DNA of 52,690 nucleotides, the filler included, from Bipalium vagum (Eukaryota): NCBI GenBank assembly GCA_037834085.1. It is 3 parts of 3 records of this genome, joined end to end, with 100 filler letters (N's around TTAATTAATTAA, not from the genome) between each part and the next. Parts side by side here need not be neighbours in the genome. Positions count along the whole stretch, not along the records: positions 20,239 to 36,750 come from JBBMKC010107530.1; positions 36,851 to 52,690 come from JBBMKC010143085.1; 1 more part is not named here. One strand, written 5' to 3'. A program made the translations under genes and the position numbers. The notes under the pieces were generated by a model that did not search any database, was not told where the DNA came from, and saw only the letters and a list, made by a program, of their open reading frames with translations. Below, piece after piece: positions 24,601 through 37,056 of this stretch (the first letter of the stretch is position 1; each line of letters opens with the position of its first letter).

Positions 24601-27600
24601 AACGATGTAAAAAACTGATTTAGTAAAACAAATCAATGAATAATAAAATTATCCACAAAAATATTATTATTATTTTGTTTATTTATTTATTTATTTATTA
24701 TTATTATATTATTATTATTAATTATTATTATAATAATATATATAATATATAGATATCTATATTATATATCTTAATATATAATAATATAGAGATTATTAGA
24801 CAATACATGATAAAACTTCATTGATAAAAAAAATAACCAAAATTAATTTTGCCATCAGAAAATTTCGATACGAATCTTCTAAGCGATGATTTTCCCATTT
24901 GTTTAGTTTTACAGCAATTCTTTTAAATATGTCATCCATAAATCCTATAACAAAAGCCAATAGCACTTTTGGAATTGGAGACAGGATTGGCAACCAATTT
25001 TCTTGTTCAATGTTATTATCAATCCACACCTTTAACATTTTATCTGTAATTCGTAGAGATTATTAAATTTAAAGTACTTGTAGATTTGAAAATATCAAAG
25101 ATGTTTCGATGATGCATAGAACACAGAAGAATATGATTGGTAATGAGACAAAATAGACTGTACATTGCCTTTTCCAGTTTGGATAATATTTTATCTGTTT
25201 TCCAGTTAAAGGACAAGTCTGTAATTCTCCCTGTGATAAGAAAAACTATTATAATAATACGAAATATTTACTGATACCCTAAAAGAAGGTCTTTCGTCAG
25301 AAAACAAATCAATTTGACAATCTATTGTTCCCCATTTATACGTCAACTCATTACTTGTTCTTCTCCAATGTTTTAAATAGAAAGTTGCCCATATAATATT
25401 AAAAAGAGCAGTCAAAAGATAATAAATATCATGATTCTTCTGATCAATTACAAGCCATCCTATAAGCCCAATTAGTGTAGGAATTAATAATGCTATTGTA
25501 TAATGACCAAGCCAAGCGAAATATAAGGCGATTTTTACACCAAAATATGAAGCAATTTCATTCAAAGGTTGTGGATTACGAAATTTCGTAACCCAAATTT
25601 CACCTAAATGCTTCAACATTTCATGATTATGAAGAGGAAAAATTTGACTGATTTTCTGCTTAGAAACCAAAATTGGTACTAAAATAAAAAAATAATTTAC
25701 CAAAAAAACCTCCACGTAAATTAACATCTTTAAGATTTAAATGACATTATCACAAGTTCTCAGTTTAAAAATTTAATATTGTTTAAATTAATTAATTTTG
25801 AATTTAATCTTGAAAGTGAATTACAACATGTTACTATTGTCATACTGATACCAATTTCGTTGTTTGAGAAAGGAATTATATTTACATTTAATTTATTTTC
25901 TCTTCTTCAATATTAAAATTTAAATGACATTTTTATATTGAAAGTAGAGATCTGATAATTATGCAAATAAAATAAATCAGGAATTTTAATCAATAAATTA
26001 GTAAATATTTATGCTACAGAAACGCAATTTCAAAACAACTTGGTAAATCAATTTAGAAAAATCTAAACACATTAACTTTGTCAGTTTTACCTGATAGAGA
26101 TGGAATCAGTCAACATAATGACATCAACTTTTACGTATTAAATATGATGCCGAAAAAAAAATATTTTTAAAACATCTAACATGAAAATGTGAACCCTAGA
26201 AATTGTCTTCTAAAGCAGTTAGAGTTTTTGTTTTTTCTTTTTAATTTACCATTTAAATCTAATTTGACTTATTGATATTTGATTCGATTTTATGTCTATG
26301 GACTGTTCGTGACATTTTTCGAATTGAGATAGATTTTTTGTGCGGACATTCATTCGTGTATCTTTGTGTTAGAGAAATATTGTGATCATTTTTATTCAAT
26401 TATTTTCGAACACGTTATTGACATAAGTGAAAGGGTCAGGAAACTAAGGACCAAAGTGTTACGACAGTTTTCATACTAATATAAAACATAACAGTAGATT
26501 AAAATACAAACTTCATCAGACAAACAATCATTTTAAAATATTGTGAATTTTTTTAACTTTATAAATATTAAAAAAATATTTAATTTTTAAATCAAAATAT
26601 TCCAAAAACATTCTAACTAGTTAAGTTCAGAAGATCCTGTTATTTTAGTCTATTATTCAAAAACAGATTGGAATTTCTATTTTCAAATCAATATTGTTAT
26701 ACCTTTTTTGCAATCTCAAATCAGATTTGAAAATCGATTTTAAAGGAAAACATTATTTTAAAAAATATTTTTTGATAAATTTTTGCAGACGGACTTTTTT
26801 TATAACAAACAAGACAAAATAAAAGATTTTCTTTTAAAATTACTCTCCATTTTATGGAAATCATATAAATCAATCAAAAGACATTGTGAATTAATTTTTT
26901 AAGATGATATTTAGAGTAATTTGATTGATGAACATAACATAAACATAAAACGGACAATGATAATCAATAATGCAGAAATAGAAAGAGTTGATGAAAAGAA
27001 AATAAACGATTTTAAAGTGTCATTCTACAAAAAATATTTTACATAAAACTAAAAAGATTTGATTCAATAACACGTGTCAAAAAAGTTTTGAAAAATTGGA
27101 TTTGGTGGCAGACATGTTTGGCTTCACAAAAATTTTAATTTTATAGTATAAATAAAAATAGACAAAAGGAATATTTATTAAAATCATAGAAAAAGATTGT
27201 GTAATTTTAAACTTCAATTACATATTTTTATACATTAAAATAAAGAATAAGGAAAAATACGAAATGACATTTATTTTAAAACATTTCTCATCTCTCTTAG
27301 CAATATTCTGCACAATCTTCATGTGTAATGATTTTAAGACCATCATCAATAAGTACTAAGAGTTCTTTAGCAGTATTTGGCGAGGCTCTTATTACATAAT
27401 CCATCAATTTCGAAAACATATTTTCGATGGGATTAAAGTTGAGAGTTTAAGATGGCAAAGATTTCAATTCATGTCCAGCCCTTGTAATTAATTCACGCAC
27501 AGCGATATTTTTGTGAAACAGGACATTGTCTATTAAAATAGTACATTTTCTTACATTCAAATTTTTAATAAAACCAATGAAATCGATAATATATAATTAA

Positions 27601-29826
27601 TTATATATTATAATTATGTAATTATAAAAACTTCCAGAATTGAACGCAGTGGGACGGTCGTGAAAGAAAATGTTCCCATACTTGTTCATTGAACAAAATA
27701 TGCTAAAGTTACGACTTCTTATCCCTGGTGCTACTTTTATGAGTTTCACCGCATATGGTATACCCATAACTGGATCTCATGCATAAGTTAAATCTGACTT
27801 CATCGTTAAAAAGATATTCTTTTATCGTCTTTCACTGCTAATAGATCCTGAAACATTTGTGAAAAGTTCGACGCTGTTCAATTAAATCAACACTAACACT
27901 TTTTTCGGCAACAACTTTTAATTTCTTAAATGTGTAATGCAGATTTTTAAAGTTCTGGCAATTGAAGTATGAGACGAAGTAACATTAAAATTGTTTGCTA
28001 CTAAGTTAGTTAAACTTTTAAGTGTTATAACACATTTTCGTCCACTTTTTATAAGATAAACATTTTTATTTCTTCTGTTATCTTAAAAAACGTTTTCCGC
28101 CAGTTACTTTTATCAACTCTATCATTTCGTCGGTATGTACGAATAATACTTCTCACTGATGACTTGGGTAGATTAAATATTTTACAAATTTCGGAATCGT
28201 GCTTTCGTCAACATAATTTTGAATAATTAATCGGCGAATTTCATTTAAGGTGGCATTTCTTTATCTAGACATTTTTGTAAACATTTCACTAAAAAAAATA
28301 GAATCAAATAGTTGTTAAGTATAATTATGTTATTAAATTAAGTTTAAAAATATGTAATTAAAGTTTAAAATTATTTAATTGAAGTTTAAATATGGTTAAT
28401 TGAATTTTAAATTTATTAAACTGAACTTTAAACCTTTTAATTGGTTCAAATATATTGTCATTTATATAATATTTTCGAGTAATTCAAATCTTGTATATAA
28501 ATTTGAAATAATAGCTAAAAATCTTTCCTAATCAAAATAGCAAACCAACGAATTATTTCATCTCTTTGCGTACATAGAGATTATGATTTTTAAAGGAATC
28601 ACCAAAAAGTTTAATTTTCAGCCAACCCTAAGATCAATAATCTATGGGGTTCAGATCTGGAATTCTGGGTGACCATATGTATTAAATCCTAGACTAATTA
28701 CGAGTTTTGAAATATTTATGTTTAGGAAATTTCGGACAGCTGAACTACGAAGTAACAGGCACTCCTTCTTGATAGAAGATTGTTTTTCTTCTATGAAACA
28801 ATTTATACCATATATTTTTTCTGGATAAACATTGATCACCAAATGCTGTCTGCATCATTTGAAAAGTTTTGGTGGTATTGATTTCATTTTTTGAACAAAA
28901 TAATATGCATTTTCTTTGCTCTGTAAAAAAAATTTTTTAAAATCGAAAAAAGGTCAATTATTTGATGTAAATAAACAACTGATACTACTTAAATGGCTAT
29001 CTGACATATCAAAATGAAATTCGGCAAAAATATAGGTGAATGCCGTGACAATATAGAAATAACAGTTTTTTGGGACTCCAACACTTATGTGAGCTTCCTA
29101 TTTATAATTCACCTTAGTTTTTGAACATAGTAGTATGGTCAAAAATTTTAATTTCTTGTTAGAATTCTGAGCACAAATGACCTTTTCGTGGTGGTTTTTC
29201 TCGAAATTTGACGAATGGAAGTTAAACCCGAAAACTTTTTAAAAGCTTCTTTAATGAACATTCTTTATTGATTAGATAGAGGACTGCTTAGATTGATGTA
29301 TCTGGACACTTATCTGGACACTTAAAATAAGAATTCTTTTATTAAAAATAATTATTTTCAGAAACTCCAGTGACAAAATTCAAGTCCCTGTAATAAGAAA
29401 TAGTCGTTGAAAGTCTTTTCACCGTTAATCAGAGGAGGAGCAAAATCATAAGAAAAATAAATACTTAAATGAAAACGTGTAATTATATTATAAATTCTTT
29501 AATGACCCTTAAAATCAAGAAATCACCTTTATATAATTAATTTTAATTGAAGTATTTTTCGGATAAAATATACAAATATTTAATCAATACCTATTAGTTG
29601 CTCCTTTAAAAACAATATTCCGAACTTCTTTGTCACACATCGACTCCGGAGTGTATAAAGCCAATACTTTACAATACTTTGTCTTTCTTGACTCGTGAGA
29701 AAAAGTGCCTCTTCTGATACGTTTTCAAAAAGATCCAATTCGTCTAAATTGAAATCTCTATAACCACCTCCAAATTCTGGTACGACTTTTTTCCTAATAC
29801 ACAGTGATTCAGCACCACGCAGAAGA
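20908..29826 (-). CDS. ANO8: Anoctamin-8 (TMEM16H) orthologue, partial
   Basis: Exons 5'->3': 29826-29591, 25678-25278, 25230-25078, 25029-24838, 22284-22210, 22168-21670, 20966-20908; the phases join in frame. Motifs LLRGAESLCIRKKVVPEFGGGYRDF, FLTSQERQSIVKYWL, QPLNEIASYFGVKIALYFAWLG, ENHRLEDSY, FQFLNSFFSLFYIAFYLKD, LATLLIIRQF, a long low-complexity loop, then LYQAEEEATLP match the ANO8 subfamily layout. The C-terminal TM segments (DYxEMxxQFG onward) are missing at the gap side. The last junction (21670 to 20966) is less certain. Confidence 0.93.
21621..21660. repeat. (AAT)n microsatellite in an ANO8 intron
   Basis: About 13 units immediately after the splice donor at 21669-21668. Confidence 0.9.
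22850..23380 (-). mobile_element. Possible IS630/Tc1-like N-terminal fragment
   Basis: Weak similarity to the HTH region of the elements at 27.2-28.4 kb and 51.5-52.6 kb (RGR motif, IDEE, GI.VS..I); no catalytic motif recognised. Confidence 0.3.
23400..24593 (+). mobile_element. Near full-length dead mariner in an ANO8 intron
   Basis: ORF MSDEKKYTSYCIRYEFRQDKNATEAFKSIYCIFGESAVSRTTCKFWFCRFKEGHFDVIDQARVGAPQRF, then KWMPLKL, NIVTGNKKLITYNN, LEWEILPHAAYSPDL; right TIR ...ACTTATACATACCCCTAA-TA. Confidence 0.9.
27200..28460 (-). mobile_element. IS630/Tc1-like DD34E transposon remnant
   Basis: DEVRFNLCMRSSYG, IRSRNFSIFCSM, and ILIDNVLFHK...LPS*TLNFNPIENMFSK with 34 residues between the second D and the E; ~21-bp subterminal repeats at 28336-28450 with an inverted copy near 27201. 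Confidence 0.85.
28500..29095 (-). mobile_element. Juxtaposed irritans-like mariner 5' part and DD41D/DD37D-like 3' part
   Basis: EQRKCILFCSKNEINTTKTFQMMQTAFGDQCLSRK (~28820-28925), followed directly by FYQEGVP..SSAVRNFLN and WSPRIPDLNPIDY*S*GWLK (~28615-28780). Confidence 0.65.
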
Positions 29827-30132
29827 CTAAATTAAATTAAATTTTGTTCATGATGAATTTTATTAGATGTTCTAAATTTTTGTGGAAAATAACTTTTTAA
29901 AGTTTTAAAATTCTTTGGAAAAATAAAAATTGACTTATTTATGATAGTATAATATTTCAAAAGAAATACATTGATCGAAACAAAATTATATCCACCACCG
30001 GAAACCAAATTATTTTCCTAAGAACTGAATAAAATTTTTTACATAAAATGTAAGGTCATAACGTTAAGTAATAGTCGCTAAAATCTAAGTATTGTCAGTA
30101 AAAATTATTTTTAGGTAAAAAAATATAAATTA

Positions 30133-31200
30133 CAGGGTGGAATCAAAATAGTCGGTGACAGCTTGTATTATGACGCAAAAGTTTTTCAATAGTATACAAA
30201 AAATTTTGATACATTAATAATTAGCCTTTCCACCTTTTTCAAGAATGCATTCAAAAATTCTGTTTGACATAGGCATTACAATTTCTCAAGATCGATTTGG
30301 ACACTTTCAACTCTGTGTTTCTGTATTTTCTTTTACAAATCATCAACAGTTTGGTATTCCTTCCCATTGCCGTTTACCTTTCTTGCCATAATGTTCCTTG
30401 TATTTTTAATAGGATTTAGATCAGGAGTCAAAGATAACCAGTCTAAAATTACCATATTTTTACGAGAAAGCCAATGATTTATCTCATTCGATTTATAGAT
30501 GAAGGCATTATCAAGTTGAAATATCGATTCACCACTGAAAAATTTAGAAATATGGTTTTTCCGAACACTTTCCAACATATTACAATAATCTTCGGATTTG
30601 GTTTTTGTGATTTTCTATTCTGGGCCAAATCATCAACTTACCAGTTTCAAAATTGGGCCAAGAATAATCTCAACTATCTGGTCAACCAAGATTCCATTTG
30701 TTTTCGTAATTAACACATTTTTCCATTCTTCATTCCAATTCAATTATTTCTTCACAAATTCTAACCATAACTTTTTCTGATAACTTATTAAATTTTGTCC
30801 ACTCTGTCGCTTTCTCCATTGCAGATATGAGTTCTCTTGAAATAGTTGCCTAGCTCTTTTAAAGGTCACTGGAGAGCCACATATTTCATAATTTGACTTG
30901 ATGATTGTTCTCCACGTTTCGCAGAATGCATAACTCAACGTCTGCCTGGGTCTGTTAGCATATTTTTTCCGGGGTTTTCATAAAAAGTATATTTTTAAGA
31001 ATTTTTGGTAATTATTGATGGCACCATGAGAGCGACTGAGTTGTCTTGCTATTAATCGATTTGAAAATTAATTTTATAGGTGTTAATTTTAGCCCTTTAT
31101 CCATTTCTGTACCAAATGAAAATAAACTTTATTTTTATCAAATTTAATGTAAAGTATAATCTGTTTAATGTGATCACATTGAGATCAATTACTTTTGATA
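30133..31200 (-). mobile_element. Tc1-family (Tc3-like DD34E) remnant
   Basis: ORF 30333-30578 IFQLDNAFIYKS...LDWLSLTPDLNPIKN..IMARKVNGNGKEY; terminus TA-CAGGGTGG at 30131-30140. Confidence 0.85.
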
Positions 31201-32399
31201 ATATAAATCGATTAATAACATTAACCGAAAGATATGAATAATTACTTTTATGTTAAGTTCCTAAAAGTGACTGGTTTTAAGTTAAGAATATCGATATTGG
31301 GCTTTTAGGTTACTCAAAAAAATATCTACTATCAGAAGGATTTATGGAGTGTAATTCGGAACTGTTATCAATAAAATGAAATAAGAACAAATCGATTTAT
31401 ATCAAATAGTTTAATTTGTAAAAATTTGGTTTGACAATCAAATTTAAATGAGAAATTCTAAATCCTTTCACAGTTAACCTTTAAGCTGTGGAAAGGACCT
31501 GAGGTAATTTACCAGACCTAACTGCTTTGTAAATTACAAACAAAAAGAGAAATAGGGAAAATGTAAACACAAAGAGAAAGGTAATCCTAATTAATAGTGA
31601 TTACCGGAAAATATGATTTTAAATTGAGTTGAAATTTACCAAGTGTTATAATTATATATAATTAAATATTAACAAAATTAAAAATAATAATAATAATTAA
31701 AAATATTTACTTTATGAAAAAGCATAAATTGTTTGAATGAATTCTCGTATCTGTCTTTTCTAAGAAATGAACAAGTATTTATACGAATGTGGATTTGTTT
31801 ATTGTTAACTTGGATTTTGATGGACAGCTGCTTGGTACGTGATTGTCTTTGTTATTGTTAAATGATTTAATGATCAAATAATCTAATGGTCTGACTTTAA
31901 ATGTTTTATGTTGACCTTTTATATTAAATTTTTATATAATTTTTTATTTTAAAGCTTAAATTTTTTCCTAATATAAATTCTTCAAAATAAATTGTTTCCT
32001 TTTTTAGATTTCTATCATATTTTTCTATTAAGTTTCTATTTTTAGAAATCTAGCTATTTCTAATTTTATTTTTTATTTATTTATTTGTTTTTTATATTTT
32101 TTTCTTTATTAATCTTATATAATTAATTGTCAATATTAATAACAACAATAATATTAATAATTGCTAGGGTTTTAAATTCTTTATTTTTATTTTTTTTAGG
32201 ATTTCTCATTTTTACATGTTAAAAAATCAAATAAAAATACTATTATTTTTATTAAAATAAAATCAATAAAAATTGTCACAATCAAATTATCAAAAATTGT
32301 CACACATAAAATCAAAATTGTTAGTTTTTCTTCAGTCTCCACATATATATATCTACTTTTATTAATTTTATTATATCAGCATAACAAAGAATGTTTTAT

Positions 32400-33350
32400 T
32401 TAAAAATTATTACCTTTTCCTAAAGTCACATTTTATAAAATATTTTATATGAAATATTCATCAAGTGTTTTTGGTGTTTCTTTGCGTCCAATAATTCCCT
32501 AATGAATTGTTCATATTGATAATCCTTTTGAAAGTTTTTCGTTCGATGTTGAGCACCGCTGCTAAAATTTTTTAAAGCTTCTTGCATTGGAAAATCTGTT
32601 TTGAGTTTCTAAATTTTGTTCTATTTCAATTTTATCTTCATAGTTTAGTGATATATTGGAATGTATAACTGATTGACAAATGTCTGATGTTTTCATTGTT
32701 GCTGCTGTTTAGACATCATTATCAATATCTAACCAATTACTAAATTCCTCATTTGAAATATCTTCTTGTTATCACTAGCAACGTCATAAAATTCTTGAAA
32801 TTCAGAATCTAGTTTTAAAAATCCACTCTTTTTGAACCATTTTATAATTGAGTTCTCTGCGATATGCTTCCACGAGATTGTACCAAGTGCAATGCATCAA
32901 AAAGGGAAAATGCTTCTGTGATTTTATTTTCATCAAATGTATTTGGATAATTAATTTGAGTTATGATTCGTGCATTTATTTTTTGTGGAAATAAGATTTT
33001 AAGTTCGTATAATGCTTTAATCACTTAACTAAATTAACGATGTAGTATTCGAAGGTGAGTAAATAATTTTGATATTCTTTAATGACACATTTATTCGATG
33101 TACCGTTCAGTTATCTATTACTAAGACAATTTTCCTATGATTTTTACTTTTTCTAATTATTAATAAGTTAATTAATTAATTATTAATAATAATTAACACA
33201 ACAAAGAATCGTCATTCGGTCTTTAAAGTTTTAAATCCTTTATCACTTTCAAGTTTTGCCCCATAATATGCCAGTTAGTCGGAGCATAATTTAGTGAGTC
33301 TTGTAGTTTCAATGTCTGCTCTGTTTTTTATTAGCTTACATAAAACAAGT
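32400..33350 (-). mobile_element. pogo/Tigger transposase remnant (DDE and C-terminus)
   Basis: VLVIDN*TVH, PSNTTSLI, SLFDALHLVQ/SWKHIAENSIIKWFKKSGF, acidic tail and KTLDEYF terminus. Confidence 0.75.
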
Positions 33351-33799
33351 TGCGAAACCTTTAAATGAATAGCTACACTACTTTGAAAATAATATTAATT
33401 GACAAAATCTATAATAAACAGAATATTTTTCAAAGAAATTTCTTGGTCCTAATAAAAAATAATCACTAATTCAATTATCAAAATGAAAAAACAAATAATC
33501 AAATTAATTGAAAAAATTTTTCTCTACTTTTTTAAAAAATCAATGATTATTATTCATTAAGTTTGTAAATATCGATTATTTATTAATTTAAAAAAAAATT
33601 CTTTTTAAACTTGTAATATTAAAAAAAATTTTAAAAAATAAAGATTATTTCAAAGAAAATTTATTATCTAATTATTAAATAAAATACATAAATAGAAATA
33701 ATAAATAAGTAAGTAAAATGAAATATTAAATAATTTTTAAATTAATAAAACAAAATTATAAAAATATATATATTAAGTAGCAATCGATAAATTCATACT

Positions 33800-34700
33800 G
33801 ATAAATTCATATCAACAATGACTACAAAGACTTTATTTTTTGTTTTAAAATTGCGAAAATGCAGTTTTTGCACCAGAAAAAATTATTACCAGTCATGATT
33901 GAAATTTTTTCAATGTAAGAATGGTCAAGAAATGCTTCAAAAACTTTAATGACATACTCAAGAACTCTTGTCAAGTTTGAGGATACTTTCAAATTTCTTT
34001 AGGATGAGACTGGAAGCAGACCTAATTTATCTCTTGATACCGTATTTCCGGAAAGAATTAGGAAAAATATTTGAGTTTGACAGGTGCTTATTGCACGAAC
34101 TATCAAAGATCAACCTCCAGCAACAAATAAACCTTTATCGCCTCATAAATGCATATAATTTAAGACAATTATTAACGAAGACGAAAAAATTAAAATGTCA
34201 AACAACAGCCCCAGTTTACAGAAGTAGAAAAAAGGCAGAATTATATTCTTAAAAGATTCTTATATATCTCTATAGAAATATGTATGGGTACAATCCATTT
34301 CAAAATATTAAATCCTAATGGAACAATCATCGAAGTCTGTAGTCAGCAACTATCACATTTAAATGGTACAATAATTAGAAGGCGTCCGAAATTGATGAAA
34401 ATGAAAACGAATAATGTTCCACCTTAGTAAAACTTAACTCATGAACAACTTTGCAGAAAAATATTAAAAACAATTTTAAACTTATTCCGAAACAAGACAT
34501 TGTTCAAATGATTATCTTTTATATTTTGCACTTTAAACTTTCTTAAGAGAAAAATAGTTTCATAAGAATAGACCGTGAAACAAAGTACCAATCCGGAGTC
34601 CCTTTGTGTAGATGGTATTAAAAAAAATCATGTTAAATGTCAAAAAATTAAGTAAATGGCGGAGAACGCACTTCATTACAGTATCATAATTTTTTTATTT
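33800..34700 (+). mobile_element. Highly degenerate mariner
   Basis: ELGKIFEFDRCLLHELSKINLQQQ (LGKVxKLDKWVPHEL) and IHFKILNPNGTI..EVCSQQL. Confidence 0.6.
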
Positions 34701-35339
34701 ATAATTTTCATAAATTTGCAAATTTACACAAATTTAAGAATTAATCTAATACAAATAATGAAAATATTTACAGATTAAAATATGATTTTATACTTTTAAA
34801 AAAATTCGGTTCAATGATTTTGAAAATTTTCAGAACATTCTACACAGCAAAAGATTTAAAATCACCAAATTAGATTGGTTATAAAATATAGCAAGTATGA
34901 ATTAAATCGGTATTTCCTCTGTACCGATTATCCAGTAAATCTGTCAACACAAGGAAAATTGAAATTAAAATACAAATAAAAATAAAATTTTCTGGCTTAT
35001 TTTACAAAATTTAATTAATATGGCTAAAAATAAATAACCAAAGAAAATAATTAAACTTCCCAGCTTTAAAGAAAATTTTCAAACTGATGCATTAATTCAG
35101 CTGCAATAATTAAGTAACAATTTTTTGTACGAAAATATAATTCTAAAAATTATAGTTTTTCCATAAAGTATTCATACAGCATTAAAATTACCATTTTTGC
35201 TAAAAGGTCTTTGAAAAATCACTTGAAGTTAATGTAAATCTTTACATTACTAATAGTCACAACATGAACAAAATAAAAAATTATTTATTAATACGTATAC
35301 TAAATCATAAATAAAGAAAACAGCTTTCAATAAAGTATT

Positions 35340-36390
35340 CAAATTCTTACAATATTATGAAAGGCACACTGAAATCTCTATGACCAATACGTTGTTGCAT
35401 ATCCATTATTTTCAATAATAGCTTGCATTCGCCTGAGCATTGATTCAATCAACTTTTGGGTAAATGGTGTTGATATATTATACCACTCTCTTCCTAAAAA
35501 CCCTCAATTTTATAAGAAATTTTATGTTTACTTAGATTCCTATTGAGTTTGAACCAAAAATTTTCCTTTTGATTAAGGTCGTGCGATTGTGAGGTTGGAA
35601 CTTATTTTATGTGTTAAGGCATTAAATTCTTAACATTCCTATGTTTCGGGTCGTTTTCTTGTTGAAATTTGAAGTAATTTTCAATATTCAACATTGAAGT
35701 ACTTAGAAATAAATTAATATCTCGCAAAATTCTTAAATAGTATTTTGAATTCATAATAACTTTGATAAATACATCTCGAAAGTAATACACAACGTGCATC
35801 ATGTTTAATTATTGACTCTAATTTTGATATATCCTTCTTTTCCAATTCATCTCCAAATCATTTTTTCCGTCTGGCCCAAATATGTAGTATTTACTTTCAT
35901 CAGGAAATATAATGCTTTTAAAAAATTCTATGGACTTGTCTGCATACTTTCTTACAAACGTTTTTCATATTTTATTCACTAATAAATAGTATTTTGCTGG
36001 CCACTAAACCATTAAAAGCATTGCTTATACTAGTTTTTTTCTTACGGTTTCAGCTCATACACTTTTTCCTTTCTTGGCACACTTGCATTCGCTTTTCTTG
36101 CATATATGCTGTCAAAAAAAGTATGACTGCATCATTTTCTGTTTTCAATGTTTTCAGTATATTCAGTACAGCCTAATTCCTTAATTAATAGCTCTATATG
36201 AGTATTTCGTCTCTTTCTCTCAGAATAATTTTTAATTTTTCGAATTTCGTATGGTTGTCAAATTCTTTCTTCATCAAATATGTTGTTCCAATCAGAAGAA
36301 ACTCGCTGGTCCAAATAAATATATATTAATAAAAATACAATCAACCCCGAAATAAGGAACACTTAAATGCCAAAATTTTGGGGACCAATT
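35340..36390 (-). mobile_element. Tc1-family DD34E remnant
   Basis: IIFPDESK, MNSKYYLRILRDINL, FKFQQENDPKH and SQSHDLNQKEN (PQSPDLNPIEN). Confidence 0.8.
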
Positions 36391-36429
36391 TTTATATAGA
36401 AAATTTATTCCACTAAATATGAAAAATTG

Positions 36430-36750
36430 GAAAACTGTCTGTAGTTATCTATTAATCAACTTTCATCGAAAAATCTAAATGTGACTGAAGATGTTATGAA
36501 AGTCCAAGCTCCTAAATTCGCTACTGAGCTGGGTATTGAAAATTTTAAGGCATCCAACGGTTGGGTTCACCGATAAAATCAATTTGGAATCTCCGTTATC
36601 AGTCAATGAATATGTCTGCCTTGGTTATAATATGACGTTTGTTTTAATTCATCAAATAAAGCAGCTTTATTAGTACAGTTCAGTCTCGATATAACGAATT
36701 TCAAGGGACCGATCAAATTACTTCGTTATATCAAAGTTTCGTTAAATCGA
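36430..36750 (+). mobile_element. pogo/Tigger fragments (CENP-B HTH and a TIR running into the gap)
   Basis: KFATELGIENFKASNGWVHR at ~36510-36572; TA-CAGTTCAGTCTCGATATAACGAA...GGGACC...TTCGTTATATC at 36674-36750. Confidence 0.75.
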
Positions 36751-36850
36751 NNNNNNNNNNNNNNNNNNNNNNNNNNNNNNNNNNNNNNNNNNNNTTAATT
36801 AATTAANNNNNNNNNNNNNNNNNNNNNNNNNNNNNNNNNNNNNNNNNNNN
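36751..36850. other. Assembly gap with artificial spacer (44N-TTAATTAATTAA-44N)
   Basis: Identical structure to 20139-20238. Confidence 0.97.
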
Positions 36851-37056
36851 TTCGAACACAACGAGTACAAATAGTGAGGAGTCAAAAGCAGACGAGCACA
36901 CGTTGCTACATTTCCGTATATTAGTAATAATATTTTTTTTTCATAATCTCTTTGTTCTCTAAAAACTCTATTTAAACTAGTATATAAATTTTGTTGAAAT
37001 TTTAATTGTGAATTTTCTTGTATTCCGTTCTTATGATATTCATTATATTTTTTCAT
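36851..37056 (-). CDS. ANO8: Probable first coding exon of ANO8, cut by the assembly gap
   Basis: Open frame MKKYNEY...LLIYGNVATCARLLLTPHYLYSLCS runs into the gap. It resembles the ANO8 N-terminal segment that precedes the conserved CDV(L/V)xxFP motif (recalled, weak similarity), is on the same strand upstream of the other exons, and is preceded by a typical 52-nt GT-AG mini-intron (37199-37148). Confidence 0.55.
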
